Source: Botryllus schlosseri (Eukaryota). Taken from it: a stretch of DNA of 64,000 nt. Below, one piece after another: positions 12,230-24,957 of this stretch (the stretch's first letter is position 1; each line of letters begins with the position of its first letter). The stretch is taken from contig CM119371.1 of NCBI GenBank assembly GCA_051294905.1, positions 10,106,001 through 10,170,000 of the forward strand, given 5' to 3'. The notes beneath the pieces are model-generated. The model did no database searches and was not told where the DNA came from. It saw only the letters and a list, made by a program, of their open reading frames with translations. Position numbers and translations under genes: made by a program.

Positions 12230-14400
12230 GCATTTGCATATTGCATATGATGATAAAGTACAATTTGCGCGACAATATTGCGAATCGTAACCGTCAGAAT
12301 TGATGAATCAACAAAAGTCACAGGTAATTTAAATTTCATATGGTTATTTTTCGGTCTTGGTTTAATATTCTGAATAATTTTCTTGTTTCATCAGCAGCCC
12401 TATACATTGAGTAAAATCAGGACCACTAACATGGATCGCGTATTCTGATTTAATTTGGTAGAGTAAATTCAATGCAGCTCCGTATCGAATAGACAGGAAT
12501 TGCAATGACGAAGAGTCCTATCCCCATTTCTCAATTAGCTCGTCACAACTTCTGTTCCCATTCCTATTTCTATGACCGCAACTTGGAACAGCACCGAAAA
12601 AGCGGTTGTGATGGTGTTATTGACTTAATATAGTCGGGTACATGTGTTGAACTCCAATAATTTTTGATAGCTTTGCGGAATATATTATTCGCTGGAAAAG
12701 GAAAGTGTTTTCACCGTAAGAGCTGTTCTGGTTTGGATGGATCCGAAAGTCTGTTACCAGCAACCAATGCCGTAGCAAATATTTTGTATCGTATTCGTTA
12801 TTTACGTACATCGTCATACCATAGTGCTAAGTGACGTGTCCAGTGGGTTTGATTGGATTACCTTCGTCAAACGAAATCCATGGGTATCCGTTCCTCGATC
12901 GTTCTCTCAATCAGGTTTCGCATAAGTCAAGTTAAATCGGCGACAAGAATGACAACACCAAATACTGTTGTATGCGCGAGAACTGAAATAAAAATTATGT
13001 TTAAATGAAATAACACAAAAAAACCGTTTAACTTATTCACGTTGGCAGTATGAATTTCCACATATAGTAAACTCCTTCAGAAGTTCGATATTAATAGCAT
13101 TTTGTTTCAGTACGCTACGTTTCGCAACCCATATACGATGGCGAGGCCACGACCGCTCGACCGGCAAATAAAAACAATCCGGTGAGAGTTTGAACATAAA
13201 ACGCAATCTGTTCCTGGTGTGGCTACTGACTTCGTTGATGTTGGCAATATAGGTCGTCGCATTGCAGGCATTTGTGCTCGAGCAGAAAACAGGATGTCGC
13301 TATTTCACTCCTCTTTTGTACAGCCGGTTTACCGTCATAGCATTCAGTAGGGCGGTTATTTTTTTACCTAAAAACTCAATATTTACTTCATTATGGCATT
13401 TTCGACATTAAAAGACTTGATTTTGACAAATATTTGCCATGATGTATGTAAATTAGGCGTTTTGCACACAGTGTTAAAATCGTACTACTGTTCTTCGTTT
13501 CTGGTGTGAACTGCCTGTTCTTACGAAGTAGCTTGACCAGAAAAAACTAGTGTTTCGTTTGAATGTTTTAACGAGACTTGAGTAAAGATGAGTAATTTCA
13601 TATATTGCAAAATGCTTGATCAATTCAAATGCCGAGTAACCAAAATATTAAGAATTAGGAGATTACAACATAGCTGAAAGCTCATGTTCAAGCCGAAGTT
13701 CTGACGGTACTGCAAAGCGAGCGAATGAAGTCGTGACTGAGATAGCATGTTAAATAACCTTTTCTGACGTATTTTGAAACATCCACCAAGTAAAATTTAA
13801 TCAATCTAGTTCGTATTTTGGTATTTTATCGCTTCAAAACACCATCAATCATAATTTCGAACGGTACAATGAGAATCTGATGTTATGGAGCTACTGTGAA
13901 AATTACTTTCGTCTCCGGGTATTGTACATAGACACACATATTTATAACATTGCGGAAAATGTGTTGTTATTGGCAGCGTCACGTCATAGATTCATGTTAA
14001 AATTTCGACTCATATCTAGCCTTTTACCCAAGATCGTGTTCACCAGAATCAGGAGAACCAGGACCTTATCTGAGATTCCGACCATGACCAAGTTCTGACA
14101 GTCCTGCATAATAGCGAGCGACTGAAGTTGTTATTGGGATAGCAAGTTAAAATAACCTTTTCCAACGTTTTTTACAGCCACCGTCAAGTGAAATTATCAT
14201 GGTTCTAGTTCGTATTTTCGTACTAATTGAATAGAAATGCGATATCTTTCAGCTCTCTTTTCATGCTGTAAGTCGGTGATGTCTGCATTAAAGGCGTTTT
14301 TTAGTTTAGTGCTGGATCATCTAGTAGCTTAGTTCGCCATGTTCGCAAACCGGCGGCCTGTCACACACAAAGTATATTACTAAAACGCAGCAAAATAAGG
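12230..14400 (+). repeat. Older paralogue of the 30-3400 / 55630-59000 segment, containing minus-strand SLC49-like relics (about 12350-13870 and 13920-14400)
   Basis: CTATGCATTTGCATATTGCAT...CATGGATCGCGTATTCTGATTT, AGCTGAAAG(C/T)TCATGTTCAAGCCGAAGTTCTGACGGTACTGC and GAATAGAAATGCGA(T/C)ATCTTTCAGCTC are colinear with copy A. It lacks the about 1000-2900 part. Confidence 0.85.
12470..13130 (-). pseudogene. Unidentified decayed gene fragment (two exon-like blocks, TM-like segment followed by a hydrophilic domain)
   Basis: Candidate short GT..TTTTATTTCAG intron at about 12990-13045. Translation LLAHTTVFGVVILVADL...GYPWISFDEGNPIKPTGH...YDTKYLLRHWLLVTDFRIH contains stops. Absent from copies A and B. 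Confidence 0.35.
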
Positions 14401-14969
14401 GCATTGTAAGATGCAACAAAAAATGGTAGAGTATAGACAGGTTTGTTTGTTTGTGTGGGTTATTCATGGTGTTTTTCGACTACAATGGCCAATTTTAAAT
14501 GACTGACAATCAGCAAAATAACTATTGCAATACCTAATACATTATTCTGGGTAGGATAATGTTCATACCATTTCTTGTAAGGTATAAGTTTACCTGATAT
14601 TAACCATTATTATCCAATAGCTTATACCACGGATCTCCCAATTTCATAGTTCGGAAGACCCCACGAGCCACAGATATGCTACAACAGGGATGGTCTGCCA
14701 AAACGAACACCACAATTGCCGAGTAAAAGGTGGCTGGTTTAGCTAAACTCGCAGCCTTACTGTCCTCCGTCATCGTAAATATATACATTTAGCGATGTAT
14801 AGCAAATCGGACGAAGTGCGGACGATGATTCACATTCATGGAATTTGACTAAACTGATGATATTAGAAGAAAGTAATCAGTTTTTAAGTATTAGACACAA
14901 TGCAGGATGACCAATTGGGCATCTTATCGCAAAGGCTGTGGGGTGTATAATTTTAGAGCTAGCTACACG

Positions 14970-15600
14970 CGATCGGGATTCATGGGAGTGAGAGCGACTG
15001 AAGAATGACCTCTAGAGAGATTGAAAGATGTCCACGAGAACGGAAAAAGCAAAGACCCAGGGCCAATATAAAATTCGTGTCGTGTAGAGCACAAGGCCTA
15101 AAAAGACTCGCAAGCAATCCTCAATCTCCTCGGTAGACTCGCTAGCTTGGTGGTGATTTGCGTGATCGGTGGAGGTATCAGCATTCGGCAAATCACTTTG
15201 CTTGCCTGCATCTTAAGCGGATACGCCACTCTCCTTGTTTCGACGGGAGTGTTGTTTGAAGTATTCGAACTTTTAGCTGCTGGGATGTTTCTGTCCGGAT
15301 CCGCTGCCGGAGTTATAATACGGTATTACTAATACCGATAACCCAGCTGGTGTCCGTTAATTGATTTCCGTAACATGATAGAGGAAAGGCGACAGCAATG
15401 TCATCGGCTGCTAGGTGGATAGCCTCTTTGATGTCTAACTTGGTTGATACAAGAGCAATAGGGATTCCGTATAGCCATCAATAGTTTCATAATTTATTTT
15501 ATATTGTCATCAACTTCCGAAAATATAGGTCGCAGATTTAAGATTGTTTTCGCTTCGACATTTGGGTCATTGTCGTTGATACTGATTGCTATAACGGCGG
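14970..15600 (+). pseudogene. SLC49/FLVCR-like MFS pseudogene, N-terminal half, inverted orientation
   Basis: AILNLLGRLASLVVICVIGGGISIRQITLLACILSGYATLLVSTGVLFEVFELLAAGMFLSGSAAGVII...SENIGRRFKIVFASTFGSLSL. Reverse-complement homologue of 17540-18040, with frameshifts and stops. Confidence 0.85.
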
Positions 15601-16584
15601 TACATTGCAACTGTATGTACGGCCTACGAATTATGAGATTTGTGTTATCCAATTTCAACAGTGAGTATGTTCATTGTTCAAATGTTCTTGTTCTGTTGAT
15701 GTTCAAGGCGAGAAGCATCGAACATTACTATACTGAGGTATCTATGAAACTTACAATTATTCCAAATCATGAGCGCCATCTGGCGTATTCTCGAGAAGTT
15801 GTGAAGAAAATCGACACAAAATTGCCCTGCGCCAGAATCGAACACAAGCATAGCTTATATATGTGAGATGCGGTAGGTTTTTGATGGCATAACATTATAA
15901 TTATTCTTCGTTGTTAGGTTTTATATCCTAATTGTATTCGATGATGTGATGACCTTATTATGAAGAAAACGTTTAAATTAAACAATCACCAAGTTTCATG
16001 ACGAAATCATTACTGATAGTTAATTCGAATTTAGTGCCTCGTCACAGATTCCCGGAATCTATCGCAAATCATTACGGCTGCTGGATAGTAGACGTGTTTT
16101 CAACCAGTTTCCATGATCTCAATTTTACCTTAGAGAACATGCATTCGACGCATGTCGGGTGTGCGTTGTTTACTATCTTTTGCAGTGACACGCATGAAAG
16201 CTGAAACCATACCGAACATGGTAATGATTCTATGTTCGCTATTTCGGCATTGTTCAAACCGCGTATTCGAAAACAGCTTAGTAGTTTAGTTAAGTTGGAA
16301 CAAACCACAATGGCTCTTGGCTGGACCTGGATACGAGGCATAGTCATAGTTTGGGTTATAGTAGGCTAGTACACGGATCACCATATGTATTACTAAATGG
16401 CAGCAATAAAATGATAACATTAATTAGGGCTCGTGCCGGACATGTTGAGACAATATCGATTGCATGCCGTAGTAGGTAGGGGCATTTATTTGAACCCATG
16501 TATTGCATATATATATATCAACAATAAAATTGGACAAAACAATAATCGCTCATTAATAGAAGCACATTGACCTGCTATAAAATA

Positions 16585-18245
16585 TTAGACTTGTTTAGCA
16601 TCTTGTAAATATGTCCAAAGAAACATAATAGCCATCAGAAAGCATAACAAAAAGGGAATCGGAAACAAGACACCGAACGCGGAGCTGTAATCATCCATCA
16701 ACATTGAACACACGTACGCAGGCTCACGCAAAGAGGTTACCTACTCGGTAGATGTAATCTACAACAACTTCCAAAGGACCTTCATGTACTACTGAACAAT
16801 CCTATAATGGTACATCCATTAATAGATTATGTGATATTGACCGGAAGGGGAATATAACCCCCAATCAACCCTCCCACTCAGGCCTGGCGCACAAAGCCCT
16901 AGTTGCTGAGCGCCATAATACCCCATATACGTATACGCAGGCTGTGCTAAATGCCATGAACACAACTCCACCTGCCGTCAGGATGCTATACGATTTTAAT
17001 CGAATGGGACTAGTCAGGTTGGCAGTTATTCCCGATCCGCGGTGTTTCAGACAAATCGTCAACGCAGAACGGGTGGACGTTAAAGTCAAATACGACGAGT
17101 AAACACCAGCCAGGTTTTTTTAATGGAAGCAAGCTACTGAATCAGTGAAGCTTAGGATCAGCAGTGACGAAACGCGAAGTATTGTCAGTCTCGGTTTGGA
17201 AAATCTGTCAAGAATTTGACCAACTATAGGCCCCACAGCAGTTGCGGTTACGATTCCAATGATAAACAGCAACCCCACAAACTGATCGTTCAAATAGGGA
17301 AATTGTTTCAAAATCAATTAAGATATAAGGGTGGCGCCGTACGCTCTGTCGGACATCGTGAAAGCGTACAGTATAAAAAATATCGCGTGTGGGCGATAGG
17401 AGAATAGAAATGCGACCTCTTTCAGCTCTATTGACAGGCTTTAGGTCGGAGATGTCAGGACTAAAGGGCTATTTTCGTTTAATGTTTAATCATCAAGTAA
17501 TTCGCTGAACTCGCCAACAGGCGGCCTGTCAGACACAAATCATAATACTACAACAACGCAACAAAATAAGGACATTAACGATAATGACCCGAATGTCGAA
17601 GCGAAAACAATCTTAAATCTGCGATCAATATTTTCGGAAGTCGTAGAGAATGTCGATGTTTGCTCAAGCTGTTGATGACTATACAGTATTTTCATTGCTC
17701 TCGTAGCAACCAAGTTCGACACCAAAGATGCTAGCCGCCTTGTAGCCGATGACATTGCTGTCGCCTTTCCTCTTTCATGCAAAAATAACCAATTCACGGA
17801 CACTAGCTGTGCTATCGGTATTATAACTCCGGCAGCGGAACCGGATAGAAACATCTCAGCAACTAAGAGTCCGAATATTCTTAACAAAACTCCCATTGTA
17901 ACCAGTAGAGTGGCGAATCCGTTTAAGACGCAGGCTAGCAAAGTGATTTGCCGAAGGCTGATCCAACCACCGATCACGCAAATCACTACAACGCTTGCCA
18001 ATCGAGCGAAGAGATTGGCGATTGCTTGTAGGTCGGTTATGGCTGGCTGGATCGATTACGAAATATCTCGACGTAATATCGTTGACAAATGAGAATGATC
18101 CGAAACCGAAGACATCCAATACGGCGATGAAACACACTATCGATGAAATGCCCCATCTTTTCGTCACGACGCGGTGCCTTTCCCCCTGCAACGGGAATGT
18201 CTTGTCGGATTCTGAATCATAACCGCTGCCATTCGATTTCGGCAA
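16585..18245 (-). pseudogene. Near full-length intronless SLC49/FLVCR-like MFS transporter pseudogene
   Basis: Pieces in order: RVVTKRWGISSIVCFIAVLDVFGFGSFSFVNDITSRYF; VSVNWLFLHERGKATAMSS; ELKEVAFLFSYRPHAIFFILYAF...GATLIS*LILKQFP...GLLFIIG...GPIVGQILDRFSKPR; GPLEVVVDYIY; DDYSSAFGVLFPIPFLLCFLMAIMFL...*. This matches FLVCR helix order. The ATG is lost and there are several frameshifts and stops. Confidence 0.85.
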
Positions 18246-18315
18246 ATACTCGACCTGCCGTCTCTAACTCGGTTCCGTTTCAATTTATTTTCCGTACTGG
18301 CTTATCAATTCAGGA

Positions 18316-18340
18316 AACAACAACAACAACAACAACAACA
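18316..18340 (+). repeat. (AAC)n microsatellite
   Basis: About 8 AAC units read directly. Confidence 0.95.
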
Positions 18341-19310
18341 CTGCAATTACTTGAGCAACGACCGCGAGAAGGATCATTCGTGCCGATACGGAAGGAAGAA
18401 ACACAGAGAGAGATACGCCGTGAATACCTATTTCTGAGAAAATAGGGGATGATATAATGCGACAAATTCTATTTATTTACTGAATGAGAAGCATAAACTT
18501 CACTGCTGTCATCATTTACCAGTTGCTGTACAATGCACATATTTCAAACGGTTACCATTGTATCAGTTAAGGATGCATCTCTAAGTACTAGTAGTCGCTT
18601 TCTTTAATTTTCAGCATGGCGTTGATCAGAGGCACGATCTTGGTTAGTAGAATTGCGGGATGAATGATTAGTAGAATGACTAAATCATTTGAATTTTAGG
18701 TTATAGCATTTGTTTTACCCACAAGTAGCCCGCCTATATATAGTAAGTCACTGCATGTCTTCATTGCCTATACGTCTCATGACATTCATAAAACACAGCA
18801 TCAGCAACCGCTCATTGAACATCTGTGAGCTACAGTATGATATGTATCTCATACATCATACATATACTCATATTATATCAGTGGTTCCCAAACTGTGGTG
18901 TGCGTACCACCAGTCTTTCTCAAAATTCTCTCAGGTCGTACGCGATAAGCATCAATTCAGCGGATCGAGATATTAATGAATTTTACAATTCGATGAAGCG
19001 AGATCTGTACTAAATATGAAGGCTGCAAAATCAAGCATAACATAGCTTACTTGATTAGGCTGTCGATGTAAAATCGGACAACGTCATATATCCCCAAATT
19101 TTAAGACCCTTGCATTGATCTATCATAGAGTGGAGCATGGACTGGAGTCGGGCTGGATATCCGGCTTAATTTTCGACCAGAGCTGGTTCGGAGCCGGTTC
19201 AGTACTTTTTTCGATACGGCCGAAGTCGGATCGGGGCCGGAACAGTACCTTTTACTAAGAATATGATAGCCTTACCCTCGTCTGCCCTAGGATCCGTGGT
19301 TGAAGTACGC

Positions 19311-20290
19311 TTGGGATGGTGTGAACGCGAACCTTTTTCAAAGGTTCTGTGTGAACGCGAACGTGAACCTCATGACGTCACGTGACGTCATATTGCTAAT
19401 TACAACCCTACATTTCAGTAAAGTGATAGCCCATATTAATGCGCACGATAACTAACGACTCGGGCCACATGATGCCACAATGCTGACGTTTTAAACGTCG
19501 TCAAATGTATCAACTGCGGGGGCAACAAAATGATACAATAATCCCATAAAATCAATATCTTCCGTCGTTTAGCAAACAATTTGGACGAGGACTTACAAGG
19601 GGATATAAGCTTTCGCCTTAACGGTCCAGGCCAGACGGGACAATACATTGGGCGTCTGAGTATTGCTACGTTAATATTGAGCAGAGTGTAAAACTGGTTT
19701 CTATATTTGCTAACGATATGACCTCATTAACAAGTTATGCAGCAGTAGCCAACACCCAAATTGCACGGAATTGGTTTTTATGATACAATAAACATATGAA
19801 TTCAATATTGACCCTGGCCCCGTATGCCTGCTAAATTTGTTAAATCAGACCACAATATCAATTTCATTGATTGGTTGAATAAGCATCATTCACTGACTAC
19901 CTACATGTAGTGGATTTCACTCTTGATGTTGTGTCATTTTGGGTCAAGCTCACAGCTAGAAGAGAGTCACTAAATATTCACAAACGGAAAGCTGTATATT
20001 TCGAGCAAACTTTTGTAGCAAAGCAAGCAAAATATTCAAGATTGTCAAGGTCCATACTCGTTTAGTGTTGATATTGTTATGCTTCTATCGACATGCACAG
20101 AGTGGCCCGCAGTCGAAATGCAATAAATTTCAACCAAAGATGTTACAATGTTCAAAGTGAAAATATTAATATGTGAAAAAGGTTCACAGTCCAGAACCTA
20201 TACCAAGGTTCATTTGTGAACGTGATCCTCTAAATGTCTGAGGTTCACACAGAGAACGCGAACGTGAACCTCACGTACACACCATCCCTA
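19311..20290. mobile_element. Third copy of the TAGGGATGGTGTG hAT element
   Basis: T(T)GGGATGGTGTGAAC...CACACCATCCCTA. Interior colinear with 8797-10772 minus the nested MITE. The TSD is not clean. Confidence 0.8.
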
Positions 20291-20735
20291 GTACACACGC
20301 CAAGGTGGCTTAGATACCGCGTTCAACGGAATATCTTCAGTCAGATTTATGTCAAAATCGGGCTTAGTGAATTCTATTTCTGTCGTGTACGACATATTTC
20401 CTTCAGAACATCGAATGACAATGACCAGTATAAAAAGTACGATCTCTGCGTGATTGCTGGAGCGTGATGTGTTTGTGGAAGTTTCATTACGGTGGCGTTC
20501 TGAAGAAAACGGCTGCGGCCATTTTTTTTCGTTTTGCCCTTCAATTTGAGATCACATAATTTTTAGAGTGCAGTGCCCCTTTAAAGTGAAACTTTCCTGG
20601 AAATAAACCGCATGCTATTACTAAGTCCAAGTTGGCGTAATTATTTCAGATAATGGAAGGGTTTGATCAGTGAGTTTTTAATGACATGTTAGCATTGTTT
20701 CAATCAATATTCAATGCAATCTTGTGAGCAGACAA

Positions 20736-22606
20736 CACTGATCAACATAGCCATGGGGCTATTTAGACCAAAATCTCCAATTTTCGCTGTAATGGCTAGA
20801 TAGGAAGGCGGCTCAGTCGTACTATAAAGTTTAGAAATTCAATCTACTTGTTATTTTCACAGGGGCACACAGAAGACTCTTTTAAATCAAAATACAGCAA
20901 CAGCACTATATTTAGGGTATCAGATTTATCATAGTTATGGACTTTCACGGATATCGTGTACATAAATAAACTCCAGTCATGTACAGAAGTATTTACCTGG
21001 ATACTCAAATAGAGTGGCATTGATTCAATCAGTTTTACGTCCACCATCTATTGTAAATTTGAAATATTCAGTTGGAATATTTTATTAATAATTTGTTTTA
21101 AAGCACAATTTATTTTGTACGATTTCCGCATCTAAGCAATTTAGTGCAGTTTCTCGAAAGGTTCCAGCAATGGTCTGCCATAATATGTTCATCCCATCTG
21201 TCCCAATATCTTTCTTTTGTTGTTTTGATGTCTTGGTGGATCTTCTCTCCTTACTAATCAACAATATCATCAGGAAAGATGCCAAGATGACCGAACAGGA
21301 AGTGAACTTTTATGCTCATGTTTGTTCCAAGTTTTCTATATGCAGAAAGAAATTTAATTTTCGGACCAGCTATTTATTGCTGGGTGCTTTGTGATCATCT
21401 AAAATGTTTTATTTACTAGACCTTAGGATAAATTCCATGCAAGGAACTCCTTACTAATATGAAATTGGAATATTTCATCCGTATTCGAATCTGAAATCTA
21501 TCAAATATACCAGATTTAAGCTTCTCGTTTGATAGGGATGTAAAAGGTATACCCATTTTGTTGACTCGGTGAAAAATTATCAATTTACAACTAAAAGGAA
21601 ATGAGACACATATGAGTATTTTAGTTAAGCTTTTCAAGGACAAATTTTATAGCTTTATACTCCTCTTTAATCGTGGTAGAATGCAGGGTTGTAATGAATC
21701 GAGTTATGACGATTTTGCGATGACTCGACTTGACTCGTGTCATTTTCTCGAAATGCAGTAATGACTCGACCGACTCGAGTCAATCTGTGTATTGACTCGA
21801 CTTGGACTCGAGTCATTGCCCATGACTCGAACCAAGTCATATGACTGGAGACACAGACGGCCAAGACAGATATTCATCATAATTTCGAATAATAGTAAAG
21901 TAATCACCCTATTGGGACTTCGTCTCCTGGTACTAGTACTTGAAAATGTGTTCAGAAAGTCTTAGAATTGAGGAAAATTTGTATATTATAAATGCCAAAC
22001 ATTCAATATCACCAAACAGAGTTATAAAAATAGAGTTAAACAAGATTTTAACTGGAAGCTGAGCAGTCAACACATTGACTCTGACTCGGACTCGAGTCAT
22101 AATACCATGACTCGGATTCGACCCTCTGCTCGATGACTCGGACTCGGACGTGACTCGGTGGGAGTGGAAAATGACTCGACTTGATTTGAGTCAAAACTAT
22201 AAAACTGAAATTGACTTGTGACTCGGAGCCTTGTGACTTGGTTACAACCCTGGTAGAATGACTAATTGATACAGGAGAATATGTATTACCGTTGTGCAAA
22301 AGTACAATTTTTAGGCTTGACAAACTGCTTTTTTGACACACAAATATTCCGCACCAGGTCATGTTAATATTGATAGAATGACTGAGAATGACATGGGGGT
22401 TTTTCATCGTCAATTATCTATTTATGCGCAGTATAAAATTAGAGAAAACTATAATTTTTGCCCATCAAATGAAATATTCAAGGGCTTTTTAGGGGTATAA
22501 ATATTTTCTGAACAGTAGCCAATAAGGCAAAATGTGATATTCGTAATCAGCAACCTCGAAAACCACAGAAACGGCTCTCTCATTTTTTACATTTTGTTGA
22601 CCAGTG
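20736..22606 (-). mobile_element. Chapaev3-like (CMC) DNA transposon relic with deleted and decayed transposase
   Basis: TIRs CACTG(A/G)TCAACA, flanks CAA/TAA (TWA-type 3-bp TSD, one mismatch). Minus-strand peptides SLKIVLLHNGNTYSPVSISHS/TTIKEEY, LSNEKLKSGIFD, and MSIKVHFLFGHL..FP..GEKIHQDIK..ERY..RWDEHIMADHCW match the Chapaev3 transposase as I recall it. Confidence 0.8.
21684..22252. mobile_element. hAT MITE with GACTCGAGTC repeats inserted in the Chapaev3 transposase
   Basis: TIRs CAGGGTTGTAA...TTACAACCCTG. Perfect 8-bp TSD GTAGAATG. Sister copy at 42000-43009. Confidence 0.93.
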
Positions 22607-24957
22607 TAATTATTGTCGTAGTTTTTCGGACCGGATAATGGTCATTTCTAGAATCCGGCTTTGTAGTCGTACCGGAGTCGGACCAGAGCTTTAAAAACAG
22701 GATTGGAGAAGGACCAGAGAATATGTCGATCCGCTCCGCTGTACTATGGCTGAATTTTACTAGTCACTGCATGTTACTTTTCGAGAGCAGTTAGTATCAA
22801 ATTCAGGATCCTCCCAATATTATTATCAATTATTCACATGCTGTATATTGCCGAGTGCCATGCATCAGAACAAGAATCGTGAGACACGTTACAAATCTAC
22901 TGGAGGGGCACAACCTCAAATATCCGATTTCCATAAATCTTATATTACGACCGATCTGAGAATACTTTTTAGACTCGATTGCACAAAACCGAAAAATATT
23001 TCTCGCTTAGCGCGGTCATTTTAGGTATAAGAGATCCGCGCAACTCGTAAGCGAAATATCAGGCGGTATAGACGTATCCAATAGTCAATCACTGAATAAA
23101 TCTGGTATTCTTGGCAAACCGCGTATGAAGGACACTGACGATTTTTATGCTGTAGATTGTACATCTTAGGTGGTACGGGAACGCTGTATAAAATATTAAA
23201 AAATGAAACACGGGTAACCAAAGTTTGGGCAGCACTATATCTAAGGTTACACTTAAAACAAAAATGAATTCATGGGCCTTCATGGCCCCATACATTTTTT
23301 TATTGATTTACGAAACCTTAATTATGGCGTCACAGTGCATTGTCATTGCCAATTGAAACTGTAGGGTAAATATCACACCTTACAGGGGTATGTACCAATG
23401 TGGTGACCATGTATGGCTCCACCTACGCACTTTTCTATACCACCTTCCAGACTAACCAACACGCAAAATGACGACTAGATGCAATTGTAGAAAGATATTC
23501 CGCTACCGTGATACAGGTGTTTCGTTCAGTTTTTATGACAATTTCACTGGTAAAAGTGATACAGACTTATCCTAAACTACGCTATACTTTGCAAAGTACA
23601 AGGTTTCTCATGCAAATAGCGTCGCTGGAAAAACTGTTAAGTAGAAGTAATGCAGAGACGTAGCCAGTAAAGTAAGTCAGATTGAAAACGTCGAAAAGTA
23701 GAAGTTGGCTACTTTGCTACTGTCCAACTTCGAACACGTAGGGGTGGCTGTTGGAATAAGATTAAGGAAGAGCCTCCATTTACCCATGATGTCTAGTCTA
23801 TGCGGCCGTCGGTAAGTGCCAATGGTCGACAACTAGTGGCATATTCCTCATATATTCTCTGCTTTTTGCGTTGTCTGATAGAGAAGCATTTCTTCAACCG
23901 ATGAGACCAAAACACGTATAAATATGCATTACGAATTACTGACTTGTAAATGAGCTATCAAGGGTTGGAGATGGAATCTGAATTTCAAAGGAGGTGGGTT
24001 TGAGTTTGAAACGGGACGGCTTCTGACCCGCAAGACCCTGGCAACGTTCAGAGGTGGTCAGTAACGAAGTACTTCTACTTTTTCGAAGTACTCAAGTAGT
24101 TATCCTCTACTTCTGGTACTTACTCAAGTAGATCTGATTTTCGCTAATTCTACTTCTACTTCTTAATATTTTGTGATCTACTAACTTACTTTTCGCTATT
24201 TTCAGTTTGTCAAGTGGTAGTAGTTCAATCTTCAAATCAGGAAGATAGCCTGAGGAATACCGGGGCTGTTTTCACGGAGTATCAACATTTAATTTTCATA
24301 AAATATTAGTAAAGCCCAGAATTTTTGTCGCTCGTCGCGCGCAATGTATACGGAGTGGCCAGTATGATCTCGAAAGTATCGGTGAATATTATTTAGGTAG
24401 AGGATTGGCGCAGTTCCGTTCACACCACATCGTCGCCCTTCGCCCATATCAAATAATTGATCACAGTATATATGGCTCATCATAACTTTTGAAACTGATG
24501 TTTCGTAATCTAGCATTTACTACACTGTCAATTTGAGATCCCAGAATCGCGAAATTATCCGCTTGAGGCATCACAAAGGAGAGCTTTCAGCGCATGGCCG
24601 CGAAAAAAGCTAGGCGCTATAGAGAAAATTTCTCTTTTTTTCCGCTTTGCGTAAGTTCTGTGTTGCCCGTCTCGCTCTTTTGCGATTCAACGTGCTGGGA
24701 ACATGACAGGAACTGATTGTGCTGCAGATTTCAAAACTTTCTTGGTGAGTAACGGTGTTGCATCGCGCCATATCAAGAAATTGAAAGGTAGGTAAATAGC
24801 TTCAGCATTAATGTACCCTGTTATATAGATATCTGATATAAAGTACGATCCTAATCTGTATATAGTTCACGCATAGCTAAAGCAATATGCCAGGCTGTTA
24901 TAACAACTATAGCTATAGCTCTCCGCTTTGAACTTGGAACATTGCGTAACTAGCGAT

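Noticed and set aside
16000-16350. Fragment resembling a GPCR TM7/helix 8 (NDSMFAISALFKPRIRKQL) or an MFS C-terminus (FPES)
   Set aside because: Similarity is too short and spread across frames, so it cannot be assigned without a search.
20570-20586. TTAA-terminated Kolobok-like end (CAGTGCCCCTTTAA), and another at about 40555-40572
   Set aside because: Single termini only, with no partner end identified.
19125-22745. Possible outer hAT element (TAGAGTGGAGC...GCTCCGCTGTA) enclosing the third TAGGGATGG copy and the Chapaev3
   Set aside because: TIRs are weak and there is no matching TSD.
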